Shown here piece by piece: positions 1-12,636 of a stretch of DNA of 64,000 nt (the stretch's first letter is position 1; each line of letters begins with the position of its first letter). The position numbers were made by a program, and so were the translations under genes. This DNA comes from the human T2T-CHM13v2.0 reference genome, Homo sapiens. The stretch lies in NCBI RefSeq assembly GCF_009914755.1, contig NC_060933.1, one strand, 5' to 3'. The notes beneath the pieces were generated by a model. It was not told where the DNA came from, did no database searches, and saw only the letters and a list, made by a program, of their open reading frames with translations.

Positions 1-59
1 GGCCTTGATACCCTCCCATCAGCTGCTCACCCAGCTCACCCTAGACCCCTCCCAGAAAG

Positions 60-335
60 GGCGAGCAACTCCTCCACAGCAGCCCAGTGATCACTAGACA
101 GCTCTTACCATTCAAAAGCCTTCCTTATACAGAGTCCAATATGCCTCCTTGTTCTACCTCCAAGTGCCACAGGAAAAAGGTTTAATTCCACCCCTGCTCA
201 ACTCCCATCAGGCATCTGAGAACTCTTCTCCTGGTAGAAGCCCTCCAATACCCCAGCCTCTCCCCACAGTGTGATTTTACATTTACCCACACTCGGTTCA
301 TGTTCCTCTGAACTCATGCCAAGGCCAGAATCACT
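60..335 (-). mobile_element. CR1/L3 LINE 3' fragment
   Basis: gacagctcttaccattcaaaagccttccttatacagagtcc...gttctacctccaagtgccacagg resembles the reverse complement of the L3 3' region; highly diverged. Confidence 0.55.
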
Positions 336-799
336 TCCTGCTTAATCTCTTGAGATTTTTATGTTGGAAGGAATCTTATTCCAAAGACTTCAAAAACAAA
401 ATTCCCTCCCTGCGTGTCACTACACCTCTGTGCATTCCAAAGACATCTCTGGTCTTTGGGGATAAAATGCACAAACGTTGTAGAGTAGAAGACAGGGGCA
501 GCCACGAGGAAGAGGAAAAATGGTGTGTGTTGACAAAGCACAATACACACGGTTGAATGGGGTTGACTCCCTTTTCGTTCACTCTGATTCTTCCAGGTGC
601 ATATCCAAGAGTGTTGCTGGCATTATTCGGGAAGTTTGAAAAACAGTGAATTAGACCCTGGTGCTGGGGTCACCACAACTAGAGGTTCTGTCCTTTCATA
701 CAGAGATTTGCTTTGTTTAGCAGGAGGGCACTGAGTGTTCTGGATCCTGGGGGGAAACATTCGCAGGTGGTACGTAAGACAATCCAACAAGGAGAGGGT

Positions 800-977
800 G
801 AAATTATTAGGATTTTTACTTCTGATTTATTTCATACTTTTAAATTCCTATTTTTTGCATGCACTACATGTATTAGTCCATTATACAATTTATAATAAAT
901 ATATACATATTAGAGATGCGTGCTCAATGTATTTTTACTGAGATGTTTGTATAATGAAAAAGATTTAAAGAATGCTG
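800..977. mobile_element. hAT-Charlie DNA transposon fragment (Charlie4z-like)
   Basis: tatacaatttataataaatatatacatattagagatgcgtgctcaatgtatttttactgag...aaaaagatttaaagaatgctg resembles the Charlie4z terminus. Confidence 0.5.
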
Positions 978-1144
978 CTCCAGATGACACTCAGTTCCCC
1001 CACACGTGCCTTCTACTGGCACTGGGGTGGTCAGGTAAGAGTATGACCACCCCAATGGTCATGGCAAGGTATCAACACTGATGCAGGAGTAGTTATTCTG
1101 CACCAAACCCACTGACTGCTGGCAGATGCATTAAGAAGAGAGTG

Positions 1145-1605
1145 TTACTTAAGCTGTATTAATGGTAGTAGTGTATCTAGAATGAGGGATGGGACAGTGC
1201 CATTCACCCTTACTTGTCCAGACCACACCTAGATGATTGTGTTCCATGCTGGAAGTTATCTTTTAAGAGATGACCCCAAAACTGAGCCTTTTAGAGGACA
1301 GTGACAAAAGACATCAAGGACACTTGAAAGCCTGTCAGTAGAGGAATGCTAGATGGGAGTGGAGGTGTCCAGCCTGGCTGGGAGGTAGCGTACGTAAGAG
1401 CCAGCTTCAGATTTCCCATCTTGGGAAGTGAAAATAGACACCCTTTATGGGATCCAAGAGTTAGAACCAATGGGTAGAATTACAGGTAAGAAAATTCAGG
1501 CACAACCTACAGAAGAACTTTCTGGCAGAGTCACCTCAAGAGAAGAACTGAGTTTCCCATCATTACAGATGTGCAAACGGAGGCAGGGTGAGTACTTGTT
1601 GAAGG
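1145..1605 (+). mobile_element. CR1/L3 LINE 3' region
   Basis: ctgtattaatggtagtagtgtatctagaatgagg...cagaccacacctagatgattgtgttc...ccaatgggtagaattacagg...gaagaactttct...gagtttcccatcattacagatgtgcaaacggaggc is collinear with L3. Confidence 0.75.
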
Positions 1606-1654
1606 GGCAGCAGAGCACACTTCGTCTCCAGATGGGTGTTTGATCAGGAACACA

Positions 1655-1892
1655 AGTTCCCAACAAAGTTAATGCACGGACAACTAGTGGTCGTAGGGTG
1701 ATTTTTAGGTGGTAAATGAATATGTTTTATTTTAATAGTTGTATGGAGATCTCACAAATATGCTTGATTCAGATGAGGCTGAAGCTTCTTACATGGGGAA
1801 ATTGAGGTAAAGAAATTCATCAAGTAAAAAGACAATAGAAGGAGAATGCAGATGTGGCAAAATTCAGGAACGACCAAAGACAAGGAAACTAT
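1655..1892. mobile_element. hAT-Charlie non-autonomous element (MER113/MER103-like)
   Basis: gtgatttttaggtggtaaatg and gcagatgtggcaaaattcaggaa motifs; decayed terminal inverted repeats. Confidence 0.45.
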
Positions 1893-2349
1893 GGGGATGA
1901 AGGCCCCTCCTTGCCTTGAGAGTCCAAGATTCTTGGATCTTCAGTACTCACCCTCCAACCCAACATCACTTTTGACTTGTGCCCTTCTTTCTCCAGGAAA
2001 GCACAGGCTCCAAACCTAGAGAGTCCCCAGGGCCTTTGTGTTCTTCTGGCCTCCAGAAACACCCAGGTTGGGCACATTCCTCTTCCCCAGCCAAATGCAC
2101 CTGTCCTGGACACTGAACAACCTGCTTCCCTTTTCTGAGACAAGATGAAATTGATAAATGGACCCCTCATTAATCCTGGGCTACCCCTCCCCACCTGCAT
2201 CTCAGGGAATGCAAGCTTACTTGAGCAGTGGCCTCCTTGAACTCAAAGATAGAACTCCAGGCTCAAAGTTCAGCATTAAGGTACGAGTTTTGAAGGAAAT
2301 ATTTTTACTCGGGTAGGATCTAGGAGCCCTTGCCCCCAAATTGTGCATT

Positions 2350-2603
2350 TATAATGATATTAGGTGTTTAGCTCTTCACAGCTTACAAAGCATTTCCCAC
2401 GCCCACTGTCCACTGCCCACCTGATCCTCACAACATTGTAAGACGCAGTAAAGTGGGTCTTACAATGACTATTCTCATTTGGAGACAAGGAAATTAAGAC
2501 TCAGAGAGGCTGCCTAACTTGCTCAAGGCCACACAGCTTTCAAACCCACACCCAAATTCCCTCATTCCAAATCCCAGACTCAATTCACTGTACGACACTG
2601 CCC
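2350..2603 (-). mobile_element. MIR SINE
   Basis: gatcctcacaac...gaaattaagactcagagaggctgcctaacttgctcaaggccacacagct is the reverse MIR core. Confidence 0.8.
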
Positions 2604-3339
2604 TCCAGTGTCCCAGAGGAGGGACTCTTGCCCATCTACAAAGGTAACAAGAGCGGCTGTTGTCCCCAGATTCTCAAAAAGACAAGCGCTCATTTCAGTT
2701 TTTACTGTCTAGATTGTGATGTAGGTGGTTAGCCTCAAAATGAGGCACATAAATCACTTCTGCTCCTCAAGGAGCAGAGAAGTCTCCTCTCTGTTTAAAA
2801 TATGTGGTGAGTACCTGCCTGTCTCCTGGGATGATTCTAAATGGAATAATGTAAGCAAAAGGGTCTGGCATACAGCAGGGGCTCAACCATTGCAGGCTGG
2901 GTCTGTTGGCACACCTCACTTTTCTGTCTGAGGTCATGAGTAGAAACAGAGGTTTGAAACAACCAGCTGAACATTTTATAAACTAAACTAGAATTGAAGC
3001 CCCAGATTCCCATGTCATGTGTCTCTGTTTGAAACCTAAGTGCATGCCACTTCTTGTTTGGCCTGCAGGAATTTTGCAAAATGAATCATTTCAGCAAAAT
3101 GCATCTTCATATTAGGGAAGACAGAAACCCAGGAATGTGGGGGGGAAAGGCAATAAAACAAATACTATTAAATTCCACTGACTCTTAGTACGCAAGGCGT
3201 CTTCAGCACGTTTTCACCATATGGTGCAGATTTTCCAAGATGGTCCTCATTTCAGAAGTTCTGTGCCTCGCTCAGACCATGTGGTGGACACTGTGCCAGG
3301 CCATGTGACTCAAGTTTGCATTAGGAAAAGATGGTCAGT

Positions 3340-3590
3340 GTAAATGTGTGCCAGACCCTGCTTAGGCATACACAAGTGAAGGAGGCATGGTCTCAGCCCT
3401 TTGAGGTGTTCAGTCTCAAAGAGAAGGCAGTGGAAAAAGGATGGACTAGGATGAAAAGTGACATGGTGGGGCGAGTGACCACAGGATATTTCTAATGCAG
3501 AGAAAACCAGAAAGTCAGAGAAGGTTTCCCAAGTAAGGGGCGTTCAAGTTGGATCCTGAAAGTTGACTAGGAAATTGCCCAAGGAGAAGA
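3340..3590 (-). mobile_element. L2 LINE 3' fragment
   Basis: tgtgtgccagaccctgcttagg...catggtctcagccctttgagg...gaaagtcagagaaggtttccc. Confidence 0.6.
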
Positions 3591-4384
3591 GGTCAAGTGT
3601 ACCTATCTGTGTTCCATTCTGCCTGTAGTCCTTCACCCACCTGCCTCAAACCTTCCACTCCTTGTCTGGATCTGGTGGTTCACCTTTCCCACCCATCCCC
3701 GTAAGATGGCCCAACCTCCCTTTCTTCGCCTCTGATCCTCATCCAGCCCAGCCCAGTTCCCTGCTCCACATCTTCCCTTTACCATGAATCACAAGGCCCA
3801 CTCAGAGCTTCCTTCTCCCTGAAAGACTTGAAATGATATATTTACCTAAGACTCTCCCTCCACCTCCAGTGTTCTCTGTCCTCATAGGACAGCAAAGTGA
3901 GGAAAATGCCAGACCCAACAGAGGACGGAGAGCGTGGAGGTGCAACAGGGATGTGATTCATAACTCAACAGAGATGAGTGAGAAAGGCTGTGGTGGGTGT
4001 GGGAGCAGCCAAGGCACAAAGAGGAGGAGAAGGATTAGTTGAACCAAGCCAAGCTCAGCCTTAAAGATCCTGGTTTGGTTTGTTCCCAAAATAGGGTTGA
4101 GCTTATGGCTGGTTCTTACTTGTTAGCAACCAGTTCACCCGTGCCTTCTCTTAAGTCCCTGTTCATTAATCTTCTTAAAGAAAGTGACTTGATTCTGTCA
4201 GGGTTGCTGGCTGCATATCAAAAACCTGTTCTTCCACTAAGAGGTTGCAGAGGCAAAGTACATGCATAGAAATCTTCACAGAGAACCTCCATATAGAATA
4301 GAAAATCGTTCTGCCTGTCCACTAGTGTGAGGCGCATGCTGGTGAAGATTTGTATGCTTAAGTGCCAAGAAGCTGCATTTACTT

Positions 4385-4990
4385 ATCCATTCACTCACTC
4401 ATTCATTTATTCATTTACTTTAAAATATGTATTGACTGTGATCCAGACATGAGCTAGGTATTGTGAATATGAGCAACAATGAACAAGTTAGGCGTGGTGT
4501 CTACCCTCTTAGGTTGATGAGAAAGTTAGTTGGACACATACACAAATAACTGCAATACATTGGAATCAGTGGTACAATAAAGACCCTAAGAGCATGCTTT
4601 GGGAATTACCAAAGAGATTAAAGACATTTTCACAGAGAAAGTAATACTTGAGGTTCTCTCCGAGGTTAGGGACTGTGTCTTACTCATCACTGCGTCCCCC
4701 ATCGCATAGCACAGGGTTTTGCTCATAGGAGGTGCTCATAGATGCGTGCCAAATAAGTAATCAAGATCTCAAAGAACGAGTAGGAGTCACTACACAGAAT
4801 GGAGAAAGGAGGTGCATTACAGGAAAAGGTTACCGTGAAGAAAGGCCCAGAGCATGGGCCTCTGGGGAAGGACAAGTATTTCAGTATGGGTGTGGCGCTG
4901 TGAACAGCAGGAGATGAGGCTGGAGAAGGAAGCTGGCTCAGTATGCCATGCAAAGAAGTTCACATTCTGTCCTGGGAACAAAGGATAAAT
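4385..4990 (-). mobile_element. L2 LINE, with a short opposite-strand L2 3' end at about 4665-4760
   Basis: (TCAT)n-like tail followed by gagctaggtattgtgaatat...gaacaag; internal gggactgtgtcttactcatcactgcgtcccc...ggtgctcata. Confidence 0.65.
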
Positions 4991-5064
4991 TTATTAGTGG
5001 GGGCTTGCCATGGGTGGATCCATGTAGACATACTTTCTCAATTGAAGTTGAAGACTTTTTCTAA

Positions 5065-5190
5065 TTTTTTTTGAGACACAGCAGAGTCTTGCTCTGTCAC
5101 CCAAGCTGGAGTGCAGTGATGTGATCATAATTCACTACAGGACTACTTGACGTCCTGGGCTCAAGAGATCCTCCTGGCTCAGCCTTCCAG
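5065..5190 (-). mobile_element. Alu right-arm fragment (AluJ/FRAM-like)
   Basis: polyT-gagac...gctctgtcacccaagctggagtgcagtg...cctgggctcaagagatcctcc. Confidence 0.85.
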
Positions 5191-6184
5191 AAACTTTTTT
5201 TTAATAGCGAAAGTGTTCATCTTGGTAGCTCGTGGGCCCAGGCAGTTAAGTGAATGCATAAGGATTTCACAGTCCAACCAGGTGTCTGCCCAGAGACCTG
5301 GTCTCTCCTACCTGGAGGCCCCTTTACAGCTGAGAACCCAGATCTTCCACTTTGTTCTTCAAGGGTATTAGAAATGCCCCTACAGACTGGCTGCTGCTGC
5401 TCTGGATCTCAGGGTGGACAGCAAATGCACAGAGCAAGAAGGGAAGGCAGCAGAACCTCAGGGATGTGTGGACACTCCCAGGCACCTCACTGAGCCCCAG
5501 CACTCCGAGGCAATAACTGCAAGTCAACGTTTTCTAGCGCTTTGGCCATGAAACAAATAGCATTCCATTGCTGGATTTTCTGTCTCTTCCTTATTTTGTT
5601 CTTTTTTTGACAACACTCAGCATGTTAATAGGTGTGTCAATATTCTAAACCTGGGTTCAATCCTAGCTCTCCAACTCACTAATGAAGAGACAATAATCGA
5701 GTCACTTAAAGTTTCTGACTCTGTTATGTCATCCACAAATGATAATGTATCCACAAGGCTGCACTGAGAGGTCTCTAGCCTCTCTCAAAGGGCCTCGTTG
5801 CTTTGTAGGCACCTGACACACCTGATTGCCCCTCTGGCCTCCTCACCTGTCCTGGTAGAGAATAATGTTGAGCCTGGTTTACCATGCTCAGTGTTGCCTC
5901 CCTTGTAACCTCAGGTGGCATGTGCCCTAGAAGGAAGACCTCATTGCTGTTTGCTTTAAAAATTGTAATGTATCATTTCCTGGTAACTGGGTATGACTAA
6001 TCAATAATCAAGAAATAGACACAGAATCAAGTCTTGGTTCCTTAGCCTGGTGCACAGGGGCCCCCATATTCAACCTCTGCCCTTCCTGAAAGAATCAGCT
6101 CTCACTCCATGACCGTCCCATACGTACAAACCTATGGCTTGTGGCCACTGCATGGACCAGTGGGTTGTGCTGTTTCATCGCGCT

Positions 6185-6495
6185 GTGCTGTTGCCCAGGA
6201 ATGCCTTTTCCATATCCCTTCAGCTAGATTGATTCACTCATCTTTCAACTCTCAGCCTAAGTGTCATCTTCTCCATGAAGAGAACTCCTGTACTGGAATG
6301 GCAACCCTTCCCTCTGCTCCTTCCTCACCTTTTGCTCTGTGCATCCCATCATATACTGCATCATGCAGAAACTCTCCAGCTTTAAATCTGTCTCCCCAAA
6401 TGGCCTCGAAGACCCTTAAGAATAGAAACCATGACTTAGGTGGTATCTTCTCCAGGGGCAAAGTGGGCATCCAGCAGACAGTTGTTGAAGGGATC
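6185..6495 (+). mobile_element. L2 LINE 3' fragment
   Basis: cactcatctttcaactctcagcctaagtgtcatcttctccatgaag...gacccttaagaatagaaaccatg. Confidence 0.55.
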
Positions 6496-6539
6496 TGACA
6501 ATGCTGAGAGTCCTGGAAGATTGTTTCCATGAGTTATTG

Positions 6540-7298
6540 TGTTAACAAACACCTAGTTTCCAAAGGTGACTCCCTCCCCAAGAACCATGTCTACCTGCAT
6601 AGCTCTCCTATGCTTCAATCTGGCTGGCCCTTGAACTCCCTTTGGACCAAGAGAATGCAGAGGTAGTACTTGTCCATGACTTCCAAGGCCAGGTTATAAG
6701 AAGCCTTGCAGCTTCCACGTGGGCTTCTTGCAACACTCACTCTGGGGCAGTGGTTCCTGACTCAAAGCAATTTTCCTTCCCAAGAATATCTGGCAATGTC
6801 TGGAGACAATTTTGGTTATCACACCTGGTTGTAGGGAGGGAGGTGAGAGGCCCTTTTTATAGTGTCTAGTTGATAGAGGTCAGAGAGGCTGCTAAACATT
6901 CCACAATGCATGCAACAGACCCCTGTCTCGTGCCCTACAACACAATGGGCCAAAATGTCAACAGTGCTGAGATCGAGAAATTCTGTTCTAAGGGAAGCTA
7001 AATACCATGGAATAAGTCTTACTCCCTTCAGAAGAAGGAAATCTAGGCCAGTTGCATGGAGAGACAGAGGCCTGGCCAGCCTTGAATTATTGCATCTTTG
7101 AAGCAGATGCCAACTCAGAAGCCAACCACTTAAGTATTCAAATGACTCTAGCCCCAGCCACCATCAGACAACAGCTATATGAGATCCCAAAAGAGAACTT
7201 CTCAAGTCAACCCACAGAAGTGTGAAAGGCAGTAACAAATGGTTTTAGGCCACTACATTTTGGGGGGATTTGTTACACAGCAATAGATAACCAAAGCA
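6540..7298 (+). mobile_element. ERVL-MaLR solo LTR (MLT1G/H-like) split by MER20
   Basis: gacttccaaggccaggttataagaagccttgcagcttcc; typical end gatttgttacacagcaatagataacc. Confidence 0.8.
6748..6985 (+). mobile_element. MER20 (hAT-Charlie)
   Basis: cagtggttc...tggcaatgtctggagacaattttggttatcac...ggctgctaaacattccacaatgca...aaaatgtcaacagtgctgagatcgagaaattctg. Confidence 0.9.
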
Positions 7299-7359
7299 CC
7301 CAGATTGTGATGTCTCTAGGGTTCTTGCCTTTCCCACACGTCACATTTTTATTCTTTCA

Positions 7360-7668
7360 TTTTGTTTTGTTTTGCTTTGCTTTGTTTTAACAGAGTCTCA
7401 CTCTGTTGCTCAGGCTGGAGTGCAGCAGTGTGATCACAGCTCACTGCAGCCTCGACCTCCCAAGGCTCAGGTGATCCTCCTGCCTCAGCCCCCCAAGTAG
7501 CTGGGACTATAGACACACACCACCATGCCTGCTAATTTTTGTATTTTTAATAGAGATGGGGTTTCACATGTTGCCCAGGCTGGTCTCGAACTCCTGGGTT
7601 CAAGCCATCCACCCACCCCAGGCCTCCCAAAGTGCAGGGATTACAGGCATGAGCCACCACACCCGGCC
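7360..7668 (-). mobile_element. AluJ, full length
   Basis: Reverse Alu with J-type diagnostics (cactgcagcctcgacctcc, caagccatccacc) and a (TTTTG)n tail. Confidence 0.92.
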
Positions 7669-8537
7669 TCATTTTCATTGTTTTATTTCTCTTCCTCCTC
7701 TCCTGAAGTCTGGGATGGCAAGTTTTTTTTTAATGCAAATCGGTCAGCTGGTTTCCTAGGTGCTTTAGACATATGCAAATTCCCTGATAGTTTCCTTGGT
7801 CCTACCAGTGGGGGAAGGAGGAATCTTGCAGCATTTTATAAAAGAGGAGCTGGGGCTATTTTCATTTCATTGCTGGGAAAACAGAGATGGTAAATGCCAG
7901 ATTGCTACTGTAGTTTGCCCATGTAACAGGCCTCAGGAACTGCACTTTTCGTGGTGAGAAGGTTCGGCCAGAGAAACAGGGGTGAGCTTTGGCTAAGAAT
8001 TCCAGTCAGAACAAGGGGAATCTCATGTATACTGTCAGGCCACACCATGGTGTCCTTGGCTTCCAAAATGACACTAATTTGTCACCTAACTCAATTCAAT
8101 TCAGCAAGCCTTTCTTGAACACCTGCTGCTCAGAAATTAAGCTGATCTCCATTGGAAGACTCAAAGATGAAATTGTCTTAATTTCTGCATAAGACAGTTA
8201 ATATTTTAGTCAGAGAGACTACTATCTCAACAGCAAGCCTATAAAACAGGACGAAATGAAACTGATGCTAAAGTGAAATGGAAGCAAGTGAAGGGTCTGT
8301 GAGTTTGCGTGATGGACACTCATTCAATCCATACCATTTGTCAAGCACCTGCTATATTCTAGGCACTGTACCGCAACAGAAATCCAAGGGTCACAGGTTT
8401 GCAGCTCAACTTAAAGTTATAAATCATACTTCTTTCAGACACAGCACATAGTCCTGAACACTCACATAAACAAATGTTGAGTGATGCATTCTAAGAATTA
8501 AAAAAAGACAAGTTTATTTTAGTCTGTATATTGAGAC

Positions 8538-8945
8538 TTCTTTTCAGCTTTATTGAGGTATAATTGACAAATCAAAATTGTGTATATTCAAGATGTACAA
8601 GCTAATTAGCATATCCATCACCCCACACCATTACCTCTGTATGTGTGTATGAAAATACTTAAGATCTACCCTCTTAGCAAATTTCCGTTATATAATACAT
8701 TATGATTAACTGTAGTCACCACACTCTACATTAGGTCTCCAGAACTTATTTATCCTATAACTGAAAGTTTGCAACCCCTGACCAACATCTCCGGGGGGAA
8801 ATACCTGCCACGCCTGGCAAAGCCTCGTAACCACCCTTCTATTCTTGGTCTCTATGAGTTCACCTTTTAAAGATTCCACATGTAAGTGAGGTTAGGCGAT
8901 ATGGTCTTTTCGCGTCTGGCTTATTTCACTTAGTATAATGCCCTC
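8538..8945 (-). mobile_element. L1MA/L1MB 3' end
   Basis: ctttattgaggtataattgacaaat...aagatctaccctcttagcaaatttc...agattccacatgtaagtgag...tctggcttatttcacttagtataatg. Confidence 0.88.
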
Positions 8946-9177
8946 TGAGAAGGACTAATAAATATCACATGATTCACTGTATTTTTTAAAATTAAGAAGT
9001 AAGGGAAAAAATGTTTTCATAAAAGAGGGGAAATTCAGCATGTGAAAATGTTAATTTCACATCTGTGCTCCTCATCTTCCCAAATGTGTAGTTAGGCAAG
9101 ATGCCTTAAGCCATGCTTTCAAAATGGGAGACGGGTTCCCCTTCAGGAACTTGAGGGTAGCCAAAGGGTATGAGGAG

Positions 9178-9880
<703 letters not shown>

Positions 9881-10687
9881 GAAGTCACAGCATCAGTTTG
9901 GAGGGGTACCTTCCTAGAGCATCAATTTTACTTGAATGTTGATCATTCAAAACACTGATTTAATAGTAAAACAAGCATAGATACGTAACATGCTCAAGTT
10001 CAAAATATGTGGAGATTTTTAAGTTAAAATACAAGATTTGAGAGGAATTTCAGGTTTCTGGATTCTTAGGACTATATTCTATAAATTCCCTTCAGTCACT
10101 ATACTTTGCTAATTTTAGTGGTGCCTTGGTGGGGGGAAATTAAGCAGCACTGGTTTAGGGTAAATATTGCATTTAAGTGGCATGGAATAAATACATGCTC
10201 CTGGACACTCCCGATAAGTAGTGGGTAATGTTCTAAATCTCCTGACAGGTGAGACAGAAAATAAAACATAGTAACATCACTTGCATTTTCTTTCGGTCAA
10301 CAAACATATACATGGACAGAGTCCAGTGTCTTTCCGGGATTGCCTTGCATGGACAATGAGGCCATCTCCAACTGCCATTTATGAGAGAATACAAATGCAA
10401 TTCTTGCATCAAGTGCTATTGACCAAAGGGGTCACATCAAACCTGGGTCCATGAAATTCAGTTGCTTTCTGTGCATCAAACCTAATTCAGGGGTGAAATT
10501 GGGGGAATCTTAAAAGACTGATAATAGTAATATTTGTTCTACTAAGTAATGTAGAAGTTCTACATTCTACATTAAATGGAAGAGCGCTTATTATGTGCCA
10601 AGCGCTATTCTAAGACATTTCTATGTAATAACCTAATTATATCCTCAAAGCCACCCTATGTGGTGAGTGCTATTACTCCCATTTTAC

Positions 10688-10935
10688 TTTTTAATTTTTT
10701 TTTTTTCTTGAGATAGGAGTCTTGCTCTGTCATCCAGGCTGGACTGCAGTGGCACGATCTCAGCTCACTGTGACCTTGCAACCTCCGCCTCCCAGGTTCA
10801 AGTGATTATCCTGCCTCAGCCTCCCGAGTAGCTGGGACTACAGGCATGCCCCACCACGCCCAACTAATTTTTTTGTATTTTTAGTAGAGACAGGGTCTTG
10901 CCATGTTGGCCAGTCTTGTCTCCAACTCCTGGCAT
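10688..10935 (-). mobile_element. AluS, 5'-truncated
   Basis: polyT-gagataggagtcttgctctgtc...gtatttttagtagagacagg...aactcctgg; the left-arm 5' end is missing. Confidence 0.92.
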
Positions 10936-11014
10936 CAAAAATTTACAGACTTTTAGAGTATCTTTTAAATTTTTACACTTTTTGCAATTTTAAAAATTTT
11001 TAGAGGCTTTTTCA

Positions 11015-11161
11015 ATTTTTATTCATTTATTTATTTATTTTTGTAGAGATAGTATCTCACTGTGTTGCCCTGGCTGGTCTCAAACTCCTGGCCTCAAACA
11101 ATCCTCCCACCTCAGCCTCCTAAAGTGCTAGGATTACAGGCATGAGCCACTGCACTTGGCC
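11015..11161 (-). mobile_element. FLAM / Alu left monomer
   Basis: (TTTA)n then gtagagatagtatctcactgtgttgccc...gagccactgcacttggcc, with no right arm. Confidence 0.88.
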
Positions 11162-12514
11162 TACAGAAACAATTAATATGCCCAAAGTTATAAAGTGTGT
11201 AAGTGATGGAGACAAAGTTCTAACTCGGGCAGTCTGACTTAGAATCATTACTCTTAAGCATCAGGCTATTCCACCTCAACTTGATCAATTATGGTCCATT
11301 GTGCATCTTATGTGTTTATCAAGCTCTAGAAAACTGCTAGAACTCACTCAGTTCCTTTTTAAGTTACCCAAGGAGGTATGGGGCAGACAGTCTGTGCCAC
11401 TGAATAAAGCCCAGTCAATGGCCCCTCCTTCTTCCCGTAACTAGGGAGGCTGCACCTCTTCTGAGGACATTTCTAGACCACATTCTTCTCTGGCCCACAC
11501 CCAAGGCAGCCCAAGGCAGGGCTGGCATGGGCACCCAGAGGCCAGTGTGATTTTTCTGAAGGGAGATTTGCATTTTCTCCAATTCACTTCCCAGTGATTA
11601 ATGGAGACCCCCAAAGTTCCACATTCTACATTAAATGGAAGAGATGACTTCAGCATGGAAACATTTCAGGAGATGTAATACCAGCTAACCGCCCTTCCCG
11701 TGAAAGAACTGAGGAAAGTGAACTTCATATAGCTCTAGGAGTATTCCTTACTTTTAAAAGAAGCAAAGAGAAACTTTAATTGGAGCTACTGGAAGAGGCT
11801 AGCTTCAAATATTTTTCTTCTATTTGGGAAACACTGACCAAATGTGTCGTACAATATCCCCACCACTATCACCACTACCGCCACCATCCCAGCCCCCCAA
11901 AACACTCAGGAACTATACCAGAACATGTGCTGGCCCCATACGGTTTGGGTCTATTCAACCCAAACCTGATGGTTGGTTCATGGGGTTGAAGAAACCTAAC
12001 ACGGATAGTGGTGACAGTCAGCACTGAGTCAGGAAAGACCAGAGAGACCTTTAGTGTAGGTTTAGGCCCTCTCAGAGGCAGGTAATGTCCATTTTCCCAC
12101 TGGAAAGACAACTGGGTATGGAAACAGCAAATCCAAGCCGGGATTTACACACTCAGCAACCCATGGGCCAGGCTAGTAAAGGAAAAGTGTGACTAGGGCC
12201 TCGAGTTAGACCTCAGCAGTGGAAGAACTGTAAGGAACCTGTCTGAAGGCATCCCTATTCCATACTCTCTTTCTCTGCTAACAACAGGCAGCCCAAGCTA
12301 AACATGGGTTGAGGCAGAACTGAGCTGTGAGCTGTCTGTTGGTGACCTCTGATGCTGCGTTCCACTTCAGGGACCATCACTTACAGCTATGGGACGGGGG
12401 CAGGTCATGGAGCATCTCTGATGCTTGATTTCCTTATCACTCAAGGAAGAGAATCATCTCAACATCGATGGAGTCATCTGAGGAATTAAATAATGAAATA
12501 AGGCTCCCCATAGC

Positions 12515-12636
12515 CATGCAAGTTTGAGCTCCTTGAGGGTGGTGACTTTTCCACCACTGGCTTTTGACATCAGGTCTGGCACACTGTAGGTTACTAAGTG
12601 AGTTCTGAATGACATAATGAATGAATGAAATGAATG
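12515..12636 (+). mobile_element. L2 3' end
   Basis: gagctccttgagggt...gtctggcacactgtagg...(TGAA)n tail. Confidence 0.6.

Larger units (their letters stand above)
10521..11272 (-). mobile_element. MIR interrupted by a 43-bp insertion and two Alu-family insertions
   Basis: ataatagtaatatttgtt..gagcgcttattatgtgccaagcgctattctaag...tattactcccattttac; resumes atgcccaaagtta...actcgggcagtctgact. Confidence 0.8.

Noticed and set aside
8947-8982. Possible short inverted L1 piece after the minus-strand L1MA (twin-priming remnant)
   Set aside because: Similarity is too short and weak to support
11942-11966. 9-bp hairpin GGTTTGGGT...ACCCAAACC
   Set aside because: Several 9-bp stems with short loops are expected by chance in 64 kb and there is no other support
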